Positions 53,275 through 63,281 of a stretch of DNA of 64,000 bases are shown piece by piece. The stretch's first letter is position 1. The number at the start of each line of letters is the position of its first letter. Both the position numbers and the translations under genes were made by a program. Below the pieces are notes generated by a model, which saw nothing but the letters and a program-made list of their open reading frames with translations, was not told the DNA's origin and searched no databases. The DNA comes from Clostridia bacterium (lineage in GTDB: Bacteria > Bacillota > Clostridia > Oscillospirales > CAG-272), in NCBI GenBank assembly GCA_017503105.1, contig JAFVTS010000008.1, positions 69,453-133,452 on the forward strand. The letters are read 5' to 3'.

Positions 53275-53352
53275 GTGGAATTAGCTCAGTTGGTAGTAGC
53301 GCCAGGTTGTGGCCCTGGAGGTCGTGGGTTCGAGCCCCATATTTCACCCCAT
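53275..53352 (+). tRNA. tRNA-His (anticodon GUG)
   Basis: Extra 5' G(-1), anticodon stem CCAGG/CCTGG with loop TT-GTG-GC, T-loop TTCGAGC, encoded CCA. Confidence 0.85.
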
Positions 53353-53361
53353 ATTTTTTTG

Positions 53362-53397
53362 AAACCGCGGTAATAACTGCGGTTTCATTTTTTTATT
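53362..53397 (+). terminator. Intrinsic terminator after the tRNA pair
   Basis: Stem GAAACCGC/GCGGTTTC followed by ATTTTTTTATTTT. Confidence 0.75.
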
Positions 53398-53500
53398 TTA
53401 CATAGGCTGTTTTTAAGTTTTTTCGTTGACAAAGAAATATATTTATGCTACAATACTCATATAAGATATTTATGTAAAAACAAGAAGGGAAGTAAGGTCT

Positions 53501-55072
53501 TTGAAAAACATAATTATCCCCGCATTCGGAGAAGAGTGCATCGAAAACAAAGAAAACGATACCGCGCGCGTGTTCGTCATAAAATCGGAAGACGAGTCGT
53601 GTTTCGATTCTTACGTGAAGCTTTTCACGTCTTTCGGCCTTGAAAAAAAGGAGGAGTTTTCAAGGGCGGGGCACAAGTATGCGGCTTTTCGCGGGAACGG
53701 AGAATCGTGGTTTTTGAACTTCTATCATAACGCGAAAGAGCTTTATATAGTCAACGAGAAGTCTGATAATTACTTCGAGCACAAAAACGTAATATCGGCT
53801 TCAAAAAGCGTAACTCCGCAGATCACGCAGATAAATCTTGAAGACTTCGGGCTTTCATACGCAGTAAGGCTTTCCGATGGAAGATTTATCGTTTTCGACG
53901 GCGGTTGGGATTTCGAGCCCGATCGCGACAAACTCTTCGAGTGCTTAAAGAGAGGCTCGTTTGGTAAGCGCCCTCGCATCGCGGGGTGGATACTCACTCA
54001 TCCGCATATAGATCACTTTGAGTGCTTCGTCGGATTTATGGATAAATACGCGGACGAAGTAGATATCGACGCTTTTTACTACAATTTCCCCGAGTATAAC
54101 GATCTTGAGCATTATCCCGAGCTCGGTATGGACACGCCCCGAGTCGATTTTGACGCATCATCTTCTACGTATATCATAAAAATGCTGGATAAAATGAGGC
54201 AGAGTGGTGCTCCCGTATATAAAACGCATACCGGACAAACGTACGTTATCGGAGATGCCGTCTGTGAGATCCTCTCAAGTATGGATGACACGATGCATAC
54301 GGCGTTATCTTTAAATCCAACGTCGCTCGTAATTCGTATGGAGCTTGGAGAACAGGTTATTCTCTGGACCGCCGACGCCTCGTTCGCTGCGTCAAAGCTG
54401 GCAGAGAAGCACGGCGATTATTTGAAATCGGATATTCTTCAGATACCTCATCACGGCTTCGGCTGCGGAAAAGCGCAAGCGGAGATCGATGCGTATGATA
54501 TTATTAAACCTCGCACCTGCATTCTCCCCGTTTCTTCGTTTAACGCCTTTATTGCGTTCTCGACGTTCGCGGAAAGCACGCGTTATATTATGACCAAAGC
54601 AGGGGTCGAGGAAATAATAGTGGGGAATCCCGAGCGCACGATAAGCCTTCCGTACGTACCGCCGTCTTACGCAAAGACCGAACTTGAAAAGCGAGTTATG
54701 AGCGGAATAGACAAAAGCGGCTCTACCTCCTGGATATTCACAGATCTGTCAACCGATATACCGGAGGACTTCGTTTTTACTTTCCTCAATACTACCGATA
54801 ACGTTAAGGCAACCGTTACGGTCGAGCTCTTCTTTGACGAAAAGCCGAAAAGGATAAGAAACGTCAGGGCAGAAATAGCACCCGGCACCGTAAGGCGCTT
54901 ATCTATAATCGGGGACGAGGTCGATGCTGACTACGAATATTTCAACTCGTATTCTTTAAGAAAATTGGGAATACCGAAGAATACTTTTTGTGCCGTCCGC
55001 TTCATCAGCAACGCTCCCGTGGTAATATCTAATAAAAATCACGCACCCGCTTACTGTGCACCAAACAGATAA
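53501..55072 (+). CDS. MBL-fold metallo-hydrolase family protein
   Basis: 523 aa with HxHxDH motif ILTHPHIDHF and a later QIPHHG. TTG start. Confidence 0.65.
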   Translation: MKNIIIPAFGEECIENKENDTARVFVIKSEDESCFDSYVKLFTSFGLEKKEEFSRAGHKYAAFRGNGESWFLNFYHNAKELYIVNEKSDNYFEHKNVISASKSVTPQITQINLEDFGLSYAVRLSDGRFIVFDGGWDFEPDRDKLFECLKRGSFGKRPRIAGWILTHPHIDHFECFVGFMDKYADEVDIDAFYYNFPEYNDLEHYPELGMDTPRVDFDASSSTYIIKMLDKMRQSGAPVYKTHTGQTYVIGDAVCEILSSMDDTMHTALSLNPTSLVIRMELGEQVILWTADASFAASKLAEKHGDYLKSDILQIPHHGFGCGKAQAEIDAYDIIKPRTCILPVSSFNAFIAFSTFAESTRYIMTKAGVEEIIVGNPERTISLPYVPPSYAKTELEKRVMSGIDKSGSTSWIFTDLSTDIPEDFVFTFLNTTDNVKATVTVELFFDEKPKRIRNVRAEIAPGTVRRLSIIGDEVDADYEYFNSYSLRKLGIPKNTFCAVRFISNAPVVISNKNHAPAYCAPNR

Positions 55073-55127
55073 ACAAAATACTCTTCGGTGAAAAATATTC
55101 CGAAGAGTATTTTTATATATTCACGAC

Positions 55128-57509
55128 TTATATGTTTACAGTCTTTTTCACGCTCAGCGATATTCCGTTTTCGGAAGAATATTCGCACCTCACGGTGTCC
55201 TTTTCCGCAATTTCGCCGCCTGCAATTTTCTCGGCGAGCTTTCCTTCTATCTCGTGCTTTATATAGGAATATATATTTCTCACCCCTCCGTGCGCCGCGC
55301 CGTTTGAAGCGATAAATTCGACAGCCGCCTCCGACATCTGAAGTCCTATACCAAATTCACCAAGCGCCGACGTGAGATCCGAGAGTGCGCGTTTAGCGAT
55401 TTTCACAAGAGATTCACCACTCGGACGAGGGAAGAATATAACTCGGTCCATACGTCCGAGAAGTTCATCTCCAAGCAAGTCTTTTGCTATGTTTTCCCGT
55501 CTTATATCTGTGGTGGACGTAAAACCTATATTAGAGCATTTGACGGAAGACTCCGTGTTTGCCGTCAGAATAATATAGGTGTTTTTAAACGAGATTTCCC
55601 GCCCGTGAGAATCGGTTACGGTACCGCGGTCCGCTATTTGCAAGAACAGATTCTTCACCTCTCGGCAAGCCTTTTCAAATTCATCGAGCAAGACCACCGA
55701 ATACGGATTGCGCCTCACGCGCTCAAGGACGGATCTGCCGTCATCGTATCCGACGTATCCGGGGGCGGAGCCTACGAATTTGCTCACCGAAGAGCTCTCG
55801 GAAAACTCGGACATATCGTAGCGTATCAGATACTTGGCGTCCCCGAAAAGAGCCCGCGCAAGCTCCGAAGCAAGAGCCGTTTTTCCAACTCCGCTTGCCC
55901 CCACGAACAGAAATACTCCGAGTGGCTTTTCATCTCTTTTTATACCTATGCTGTTTCTTACGACCGATTCAGAGAGAGCTCTCACGGCGTCATCCTGTCC
56001 GATAATATTTTCCGAGAGTACGCATCTTAACGATCCAATATCGGAGAAGCTTTCACCTTCAAGCTTTACGCCTATTATTTCCTCGGTGACAGCCACGACG
56101 TCCGCTCTTTTCAGTCGGAGGGTTTTTATCACGCTTTCCTCAGCTTCAACGGCACCGCGCAATTCCGATTTGTATATCAGCTCAAGATCTCTGAATCCCG
56201 AAGCCGCGTCAAAATCGAGTCTTTGTACGGCTTCTTCCTTATCTTTCTTAATCTGCTTGATTTTTTTATCGATATTTTTGATTTTTTGACTATTCAAGTT
56301 GCATTCCATCGCGCATTTTGCGCAAGCCTCGTCCAAAAGATCTATCGCCTTATCGGGCATATGTCTGTCGTGAATATATCTGTCCGAAAGCTCGGATGCA
56401 GCTACGATAGCAGAGTCGTCTATAAGAATTCCGTGGTGCTCCTCGTACCGCGCTTTGATTCCTCGCAGTATCATTTCGGTTTCCTTCACCCCCGGCTCCT
56501 TTATCACGATGGGCTGAAAGCGCCTTTCAAGCGCGGAATCCTTTTCTATATACTTTTTATACTCCTCAAGCGTCGTCGCGCCGATAAGGCGTATCTCTCT
56601 TCTCGCGAGCTTGGGCTTTAAAATATTCGCCGCGTCTATCGCCCCCTCGGCGGCTCCCGCTCCGACTATCGTATGAATCTCGTCAATAAACAAAATTATA
56701 TTCTCGTTTTTTGCCGCTTCTTCGGCAATAGCGTTTATCCGCTCCTCAAAATCACCTCTGTATTTCGCGCCCGCGACCATAGACGTCAGGTCTACCGAAA
56801 AGATCTCTTTTCCAAAAAGAGGCAAGGGAACGTCGCCCGACGCTATTCTCGCAGCCAAGCCTTCAACTATCGCGGTTTTTCCGACGCCCGCCTCTCCTAT
56901 CAGGCACGGGTTGTTTTTGTTTTTTCTCGTCAGAACGCGGATAAGTCTGTCTATCTCCTTATCTCTTCCTATAAGAGGATCGAATTTTACCGATGACTCG
57001 GTTAAATTTTTACCGTATTTGGAAAGAAAGGGCGTCTTTTGCCGCTCGTCCTTTTCGCTCTTTTTCGACTTTGAATCCGACGCTCTTAAAAGTGTATGGA
57101 CCTCATCCTTGATACCGACGTTGTCCGCATCGATATAGTTTAACATTTTTACGGCAACCGAATCCTTTTCGTCGAGCAACGCGGCAAGTATATGCTCGGT
57201 TCCAACGCTCGTCGAGCCGTACTTTTTAGAAACGGAATACGCCCCCTCGAGTATCCTTTTCGCCATCGGGGTCATATCGGATGCACCAAGCTTTGTCCTC
57301 GTTCCGACACCGCAAAACTCGCGTATCAGCTCTTCTATTTTTGAAGGCTTAACGCCCGAACGGGTCAAGATCATAGCCGAAAGGGAATACTCGTCTGAAA
57401 GAAGCGCCAAAAGCAAATGCTCACTGCCCATATACGTGTGTCCGAGTTCTTCCGCCTTGATACGGGCGAAGCTAAGTGCCTTTTCGGCTTTTTCGGTAAA
57501 CTTGTTCAT
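55128..57509 (-). CDS. clpC: ATP-dependent Clp protease ATP-binding subunit (ClpC-like AAA+ chaperone)
   Basis: 793 aa with a double Clp_N repeat and two AAA+ modules (GEAGVGKTA; GASGVGKT). Confidence 0.8.
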   Translation of the reverse strand: MNKFTEKAEKALSFARIKAEELGHTYMGSEHLLLALLSDEYSLSAMILTRSGVKPSKIEELIREFCGVGTRTKLGASDMTPMAKRILEGAYSVSKKYGSTSVGTEHILAALLDEKDSVAVKMLNYIDADNVGIKDEVHTLLRASDSKSKKSEKDERQKTPFLSKYGKNLTESSVKFDPLIGRDKEIDRLIRVLTRKNKNNPCLIGEAGVGKTAIVEGLAARIASGDVPLPLFGKEIFSVDLTSMVAGAKYRGDFEERINAIAEEAAKNENIILFIDEIHTIVGAGAAEGAIDAANILKPKLARREIRLIGATTLEEYKKYIEKDSALERRFQPIVIKEPGVKETEMILRGIKARYEEHHGILIDDSAIVAASELSDRYIHDRHMPDKAIDLLDEACAKCAMECNLNSQKIKNIDKKIKQIKKDKEEAVQRLDFDAASGFRDLELIYKSELRGAVEAEESVIKTLRLKRADVVAVTEEIIGVKLEGESFSDIGSLRCVLSENIIGQDDAVRALSESVVRNSIGIKRDEKPLGVFLFVGASGVGKTALASELARALFGDAKYLIRYDMSEFSESSSVSKFVGSAPGYVGYDDGRSVLERVRRNPYSVVLLDEFEKACREVKNLFLQIADRGTVTDSHGREISFKNTYIILTANTESSVKCSNIGFTSTTDIRRENIAKDLLGDELLGRMDRVIFFPRPSGESLVKIAKRALSDLTSALGEFGIGLQMSEAAVEFIASNGAAHGGVRNIYSYIKHEIEGKLAEKIAGGEIAEKDTVRCEYSSENGISLSVKKTVNI

Positions 57510-57573
57510 TTCTCTTTACTCCAATTCTTTTTTTGGAATTATATCCTCAAAAGCCCGAAAATAACGCACGATT

Positions 57574-58065
57574 TTATTTTTCTCCCTTTATCAAAAGGTA
57601 TTCTTTCTTCAAGCGCTCGGAAAAAGCTCCGTCAGCCTCCCCGCAAGCCTCCATTCCGAAGCGTTCTTTTAAATATATAACGGCGTTTTCCGTGCTCTCG
57701 GAATAATATGCCGAATTTTTAACGCCCTTAAATTCCGAATATCCCGCACCAACTCTTCTAAGCATCATATTGAGCTCAAGGACCTCGTCGCCGCTGTCGC
57801 CACGCTTCAAGGAAGCTCTGTTTTCCGCTTCAAACGCCAGGTATTTCGCATACAAAAGCTCAAACGTCCGATAATCGACAACGGTGTCGATCAAAAGTCC
57901 GTTCGCCGTCTTAAATTTTCTGACAGCACTCTTGGTCACTTCATCGTAAATGCCGCTCTCCGAAAGTCCTGCCGCATCTTCAAAAGGCGTGACTTTTATT
58001 AAAAAGCGCTGGATCTCTTTTATAAACGCAATCTTATCGTCTATCAATCTCATACCAAACCTCAC
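57574..58065 (-). CDS. Putative peptidoglycan-binding domain protein
   Basis: 163 aa with two PG_binding-like repeats (..DEVTKSAVRKFKTANGL..; ..GDSGDEVLELNMML..). Confidence 0.45.
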   Translation of the reverse strand: MRFGMRLIDDKIAFIKEIQRFLIKVTPFEDAAGLSESGIYDEVTKSAVRKFKTANGLLIDTVVDYRTFELLYAKYLAFEAENRASLKRGDSGDEVLELNMMLRRVGAGYSEFKGVKNSAYYSESTENAVIYLKERFGMEACGEADGAFSERLKKEYLLIKGEK

Positions 58066-59477
58066 GAAACTCCGTAACCGGGGAACTGCCCCTCGTCAAC
58101 GATATTGCCAACGTAAAGATCGTCGTAGACCCTGATCAAAGCGTTCCACACCTGCGCGCTGACTCTTTGCGGGTCCCCGGGAAGCCCGAATTCGTTTTTG
58201 AAAGCCTCAACAGCTGCCGCGGTCGAAGGCCCGAACACGCCGTCGGCCTCCACCTTCGGGATAGAGGTATACGTGTCCGAAATATAATTCAGATATTCCT
58301 GCAAGGCGCGTACGTCCTCGCCCTCAAGCCCCTCTCTTAAAACTCTGCCCGGGAAGGGAAGTATCAAGCCCTCGCGGAAGCCGTACGGTGAGCGCGATAC
58401 CAAGCCGCGATAGGTATTTTCTATTCTGTTCCAGGTAACGAGATCTACCGTACCGCTCGGATCGAGCAAATAGGTTTTCTGAAAAGACACAACTGCGTCT
58501 TTCGTTCCGCGTCCGAACGAGCCGTCGACGGAAGGAGCTATCACCGTCGGAACGAAAAGCGCGATATAGCTCAGATAATATTGAACGGTTATAACTCCCG
58601 GAGATTCCGCGCCTTCCTTGAGATCGCCGGGGAAAGCATTCGGCAGCTCCGATACCCGAAGCCCCTCGGAATTGAGCTCGTAGAGCTTTTTGACCCCGTT
58701 ATAGATGTACTGTATCCTATACCACGTGGCGCGTCCGACGATTCCGTCGGGCGAAAGACCGAAGACCTCTTGGAATTTTTTAACCGCGTCCGTCGTGCTG
58801 ACGTCGAAGAACCCGTCGGTCGGATATATTTTCGGAATACCCGGGAAATTCGAGGAAATCCTGTTAAGCTGTATTTGAATACGCTGGACCTCGTTGCCCG
58901 TATCCCCCTCGGAAAGATCAACGGGCGGAACGCTTTCGGGAATGTTTGCAACAGGAACGTCACCTACGATTTCAATGTCTGCCCCGTAATAATTCCTCAA
59001 AATTTCAAAATAACCGAGTCCGCGCTCCGCAAGCTCCACCGAGCCCCACTGTGACATTCCCGAACAAGTGACCTCAACTCCGTCACAAAACTGAGCGTAA
59101 AGAGGCTCTATTACGCCTATTCTTTTTATGTAGCTGTCGAATATCTCGTCGACTATCCTTGAGACGTTTTCAAAAATATCTCGCTGGTATACGTAGCTCT
59201 GATCGTACGCTATGGACGACGTTATGTCAAAATCATAGCCCCGACTTCGGTAAAACTCGGTATACACCCGATTGAGAGCGACCGATATCTGCGCAAGTAT
59301 ATTGGCTCGCAGGGCTTCTTCGGGCCAGGTCGGATATATTTCGCTTGAAGCTACGTTTTTTATGTAGTCGGGAAACGTTTCCGTCACGTTCATTTCGTCG
59401 GAATCGGGCGGACCTAAGTGAATAACGATGTTTTCGGGTATCGTAGGATAATAGACCATAGTGCGCTCCTTTATCAA
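58062..59477 (-). CDS. SpoIID/LytB-like domain protein with three peptidoglycan-binding repeats
   Basis: 471 aa. N-terminal ...YIKNVASSEIYPTWPEEALRANILAQISVALNRV... and three copies of G..G..V..LQ..L.....DG.FG..T..AV..FQ. Confidence 0.6.
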   Translation of the reverse strand: MIKERTMVYYPTIPENIVIHLGPPDSDEMNVTETFPDYIKNVASSEIYPTWPEEALRANILAQISVALNRVYTEFYRSRGYDFDITSSIAYDQSYVYQRDIFENVSRIVDEIFDSYIKRIGVIEPLYAQFCDGVEVTCSGMSQWGSVELAERGLGYFEILRNYYGADIEIVGDVPVANIPESVPPVDLSEGDTGNEVQRIQIQLNRISSNFPGIPKIYPTDGFFDVSTTDAVKKFQEVFGLSPDGIVGRATWYRIQYIYNGVKKLYELNSEGLRVSELPNAFPGDLKEGAESPGVITVQYYLSYIALFVPTVIAPSVDGSFGRGTKDAVVSFQKTYLLDPSGTVDLVTWNRIENTYRGLVSRSPYGFREGLILPFPGRVLREGLEGEDVRALQEYLNYISDTYTSIPKVEADGVFGPSTAAAVEAFKNEFGLPGDPQRVSAQVWNALIRVYDDLYVGNIVDEGQFPGYGVS

Positions 59478-59881
59478 AGAAATTCGTTTTCTTCTATGAC
59501 GACGTTCAGGTTTCCGCTCGGGTAAATGCCGTCTTGCAAATAATTGGATATCGGTATCATCGCAACGGGCTGATATGAATCCGTGCCGTCAAAGACCGTT
59601 ACGTTAAAAAATCTTTTCCGATAGAATCCGCCTCCGAATACCTCAACGTCGTAAATCGCGTACGGCTGCTCGTCGGGGCTCGGAGAGGTCGAATATTTTT
59701 TTTCGGGGGCGGGAAGCGTTACCCTTTCCGTAAGCCCGTTTTTATCCGTCAGAAGCGAATATTCCACAAGTCGGTTTTCTTCATTCGCCCCCTTTATCCT
59801 AACGAGCACCCCCTCGGTCGGCAAAGCGTCGCCCGCGGTAAACGCTCTTATGTAAAGCGTTCCTTTTCCTAAAAATTCCAT
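59474..59881 (-). CDS. Hypothetical beta-rich protein
   Basis: 135 aa, first gene of the minus-strand operon with 58062-59477. Confidence 0.5.
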   Translation of the reverse strand: MEFLGKGTLYIRAFTAGDALPTEGVLVRIKGANEENRLVEYSLLTDKNGLTERVTLPAPEKKYSTSPSPDEQPYAIYDVEVFGGGFYRKRFFNVTVFDGTDSYQPVAMIPISNYLQDGIYPSGNLNVVIEENEFL

Positions 59882-60034
59882 AAAGCTCCTCCCGTATAAA
59901 TTATTCCGTGCAAGTCTTTGGCAGAGTGTTAAAAAACGCAGAAAATAACTCGACTTTTGCCGTAATATGTCTTGACTTTAACGTAAATTTAGTTTATAAT
60001 AATAGCGTAACTATAAAATTACGAGGTAACCGAC

Positions 60035-60775
60035 GTGGCAATCAACGTAACCGTATGGAATGAGTTCCATCACGAAAAGACTGACGAAGCCGTCAAAGCA
60101 ATATATCCCGACGGAATACACGCATATATCAAATCGTTTCTTGATAAAGAAGAGGATATGAACGTTACGATCTGCTCGCTTGACGAGCCCGAGCAGGGAC
60201 TCACCGACGAGCTTCTTAACAAGACCGACGTCCTTCTTTGGTGGGGTCATATGCGCCATAACGACGTTTCGGATGAGCTCGTTGCAAAGGTCCGCGCAAG
60301 AGTTCTTGGCGGTATGGGCTTTATGCCTCTTCATTCCGCTCATCATTCCAAGCCCTTCAAAGCCATCCTCGGCACGACGGGGGATCTTACCTGGGGCAGA
60401 AATCAAACGGCGATACTTTGGAATCTTTGCCCGACTCACCCCATCGCGAAGGGCATACCCGCGCATTTCACGCTCTACGAGGAGCTGTATGCCGAGCCTT
60501 TCTTTATTCCCAAGCCCGACGACCTCATTTTCGGAACCTGGTACGAGGACGGAAACATTTTCCGCGGCGGCGCGACCTTCACTCGAGGGCTCGGTAAAAT
60601 ATTCTACTTCCACCCGGGTCACGAATCCTGTGAATCCTTCAAAAACGAATACGTTCAAACGGTAATCAAAAACGCTGTTCGCTGGTGCGCGCCCGTAGAG
60701 CTTAAAGATGGATTTAAGCTTGACGGCTGTATTCATCAGCAAGACGGCGACGCACCTTACAAAGCATCAATATAA
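60035..60775 (+). CDS. ThuA-domain (trehalose utilisation-like) protein
   Basis: 246 aa, GTG start, N-terminus INVTVWNEFHHEK. Confidence 0.7.
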   Translation: MAINVTVWNEFHHEKTDEAVKAIYPDGIHAYIKSFLDKEEDMNVTICSLDEPEQGLTDELLNKTDVLLWWGHMRHNDVSDELVAKVRARVLGGMGFMPLHSAHHSKPFKAILGTTGDLTWGRNQTAILWNLCPTHPIAKGIPAHFTLYEELYAEPFFIPKPDDLIFGTWYEDGNIFRGGATFTRGLGKIFYFHPGHESCESFKNEYVQTVIKNAVRWCAPVELKDGFKLDGCIHQQDGDAPYKASI

Positions 60776-60804
60776 TTAAATAAAATATCAACGGAGAGTG
60801 TAAA

Positions 60805-61920
60805 ATGAAGGAAAGTTTGTTCGGAGATCTCAGTGTAATCGGAATGCGCGGCTGTGAGGATTTCACGGCGCAGGTTGACGCATACCTTAAGGAATGGCGC
60901 CACTACGACAGTGAAACGACTTACGTCGTAAACAGCGAATGCCCGAGATTCGGAAGCGGTGAAGCGAAGGGAAGCATACACCAATCGTTAAGAGGTAACG
61001 ACGTTTATATTATATGCGACGTCTTCAATCACGGTGTCAAGTACAAGATGTACGGTCAGACGGTGCCTATGAGCCCCGACGATCACTTCCAGGATCTTAA
61101 GCGTGTAATCGGTGCTATCGGCGGTAAGGCGCGCAGAATCAGCGTTATAATGCCTATGCTTTACGAGGGCAGACAGCATAAGAGAACCTCCAGAGAATCT
61201 CTTGACTGTGCGCTTGCTCTTCAAGAGCTCGTTAATATGGGCGTTACCAACCTTATCACCTTTGACGCGCACGACCCGAGAGTTCAGAACGCTATTCCTC
61301 TTCACGGCTTCGAGGACGTAAGAAGCGCATACCAGATGATCAAGGCTATGCTCAAGACCTATCCCGATATAGAGATCGATCCCGACAAGACGATGATAAT
61401 CTCTCCCGACGAGGGCGGAATGGGTAAATGTATGTACTATTCTTCCGTTATGGGAATAGACCTCGGTATGTTCTATAAGCGCAGAGATTATTCCGTTATC
61501 GTAAACGGAAAGAACCCCATCGTCGCACACGAGTATCTCGGACGTGACGTAAAGGACAAGGACGTTATCATCGTTGACGATATGATCTCCTCGGGTGACT
61601 CCGTTATCGACGTCGCAAAGCAGCTCAAGGAAAAGGGTGCTAAGAGGATCTTCGTCTTTGCGACGTTCGGTCTTTTCTGCAACGGTCTTGACAATCTCGA
61701 CAAGGCGTACGAGGACGGTGTCATCGACAAGATATTTACCACCAACCTCGTATACAGAATGCCTGAGCTTCTTGAGCGCGAGTGGTATAAGGAAGTTAAT
61801 ATGTGCAAATACGTCGCTTACATAATCGACACGCTCAACCACGATAGGACCATAAGCCATCTTCTCGATCAGTCGAAGAAGATCCACGCAATTCTTGACA
61901 AATTCAAAGCAAACAAATAA
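60805..61920 (+). CDS. prs: Ribose-phosphate pyrophosphokinase
   Basis: 371 aa with PRPP-binding loop VIIVDDMISSGDS and a conserved Prs core. Confidence 0.8.
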   Translation: MKESLFGDLSVIGMRGCEDFTAQVDAYLKEWRHYDSETTYVVNSECPRFGSGEAKGSIHQSLRGNDVYIICDVFNHGVKYKMYGQTVPMSPDDHFQDLKRVIGAIGGKARRISVIMPMLYEGRQHKRTSRESLDCALALQELVNMGVTNLITFDAHDPRVQNAIPLHGFEDVRSAYQMIKAMLKTYPDIEIDPDKTMIISPDEGGMGKCMYYSSVMGIDLGMFYKRRDYSVIVNGKNPIVAHEYLGRDVKDKDVIIVDDMISSGDSVIDVAKQLKEKGAKRIFVFATFGLFCNGLDNLDKAYEDGVIDKIFTTNLVYRMPELLEREWYKEVNMCKYVAYIIDTLNHDRTISHLLDQSKKIHAILDKFKANK

Positions 61921-61988
61921 GTTTTTCACCGAGGTCGCTTCTTCTTCACAAAAAGAGTGGGGCGACCCCGTGTTTTAAAGGAGCAAAA

Positions 61989-62405
61989 ATGCGAATAACC
62001 CTTGAATCAGATTACGCTCTCAGAATCATAACGTCTCTTGCGACTCACGATTCCGTAGTTGACGCGAAAACCTTAGCGGAAGAAACCTCCGTCACGCAAA
62101 GGTTTACGCTGAAAATTCTTCACAAGCTCGTTACCGCAGGTCTTGTCATTTCCTTTAAAGGCGTCAACGGCGGATATAAACTCGGAGAACCGTCGGACAA
62201 AATAACGTTGAAAGAGGTCATCGAGCTTATCGACGGTCCCATTATGATGGTCAGGTGTCTTGAGAGCTCGGAGAGCTGTGCCCTCAACAAAGATAAGACG
62301 GCTTGCATATATCATCACATATTCGATACAATAAGTCTTGACGTGGCTAAAAAGCTCTCGGTCATCACGATTAGCGACGTCATAAACAAAAACTATAAAA
62401 TCTAA
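61989..62405 (+). CDS. Rrf2-family transcriptional regulator
   Basis: 138 aa with MRITLESDYALRIITSLA and a wHTH. Three Cys residues in the C-terminal half. Confidence 0.85.
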   Translation: MRITLESDYALRIITSLATHDSVVDAKTLAEETSVTQRFTLKILHKLVTAGLVISFKGVNGGYKLGEPSDKITLKEVIELIDGPIMMVRCLESSESCALNKDKTACIYHHIFDTISLDVAKKLSVITISDVINKNYKI

Positions 62406-62429
62406 ACCGAATAAAAAAGGAGGAGAAAG

Positions 62430-63281
62430 ATGTTACGAATTTCATCCGTGTCTTTTCCGGGTCTTGGGATAGGCGAAGCGGAGCTTGACAGCGTTGCTTT
62501 TTCCATAGGCAGCTTTGACATTGCGTGGTACGCTTTGATTATAATCGTCGGAATGATCTCGGCTGTGGCGTACATTATGTTCAGAGCGTCCAAGATCGGT
62601 ATAACGCCCGAGGATATACTCGACGCGGTCTTGTTCGTTATTCCTATCGGAATTCTCGGAGCGCGGCTCTATTACGTTCTTATGAATATAGAGAACTATT
62701 CGTCGTTTGCCGACGCCCTTGATATAAGAAGCGGCGGTCTTGCGATATACGGCGGCATTATAGCAGGCACCTTGACCGTTCTCGTCGTTTGTAAAATCAA
62801 AAACATTCGTTTTATGGCGTTTGCCGATTGCGTAAGCCCCGGGCTCATTCTCGCTCAAGCAATAGGACGCTGGGGCAACTTTATGAACGGAGAAGCATTC
62901 GGCGGCGAGACTGATATTTTCTGCCGAATGGGGCTCAACAATTTTCTCACCGCTTACGACACGGTATACGTTCATCCGACGTTTCTCTACGAATCTCTTT
63001 GGAACGTACTTGGCTTCATTCTCATAAATCTCTTCTACAAGCACAAAAAATACGACGGACAAATATTCTTATTGGTTTTCGGATGGTACGGCTTTGGAAG
63101 AATGCTCATCGAGGGATTGAGACAGGACAGCCTTTACATCGGTATATTCCGCGTTTCGCAAGTTCTCGGCGGTTGCATATTCATCGTTTGCGCCGCGTTG
63201 CTCGTTTATTTCATTTTCAAAAAGCCTTACGAGGATTTATTCAAATACGACTCAAAATATAAGAAAAAAGGAAAAAAATAA
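62430..63281 (+). CDS. lgt: Prolipoprotein diacylglyceryl transferase
   Basis: 283 aa, polytopic, with signature GRWGNFMNGEAFG. Confidence 0.9.
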   Translation: MLRISSVSFPGLGIGEAELDSVAFSIGSFDIAWYALIIIVGMISAVAYIMFRASKIGITPEDILDAVLFVIPIGILGARLYYVLMNIENYSSFADALDIRSGGLAIYGGIIAGTLTVLVVCKIKNIRFMAFADCVSPGLILAQAIGRWGNFMNGEAFGGETDIFCRMGLNNFLTAYDTVYVHPTFLYESLWNVLGFILINLFYKHKKYDGQIFLLVFGWYGFGRMLIEGLRQDSLYIGIFRVSQVLGGCIFIVCAALLVYFIFKKPYEDLFKYDSKYKKKGKK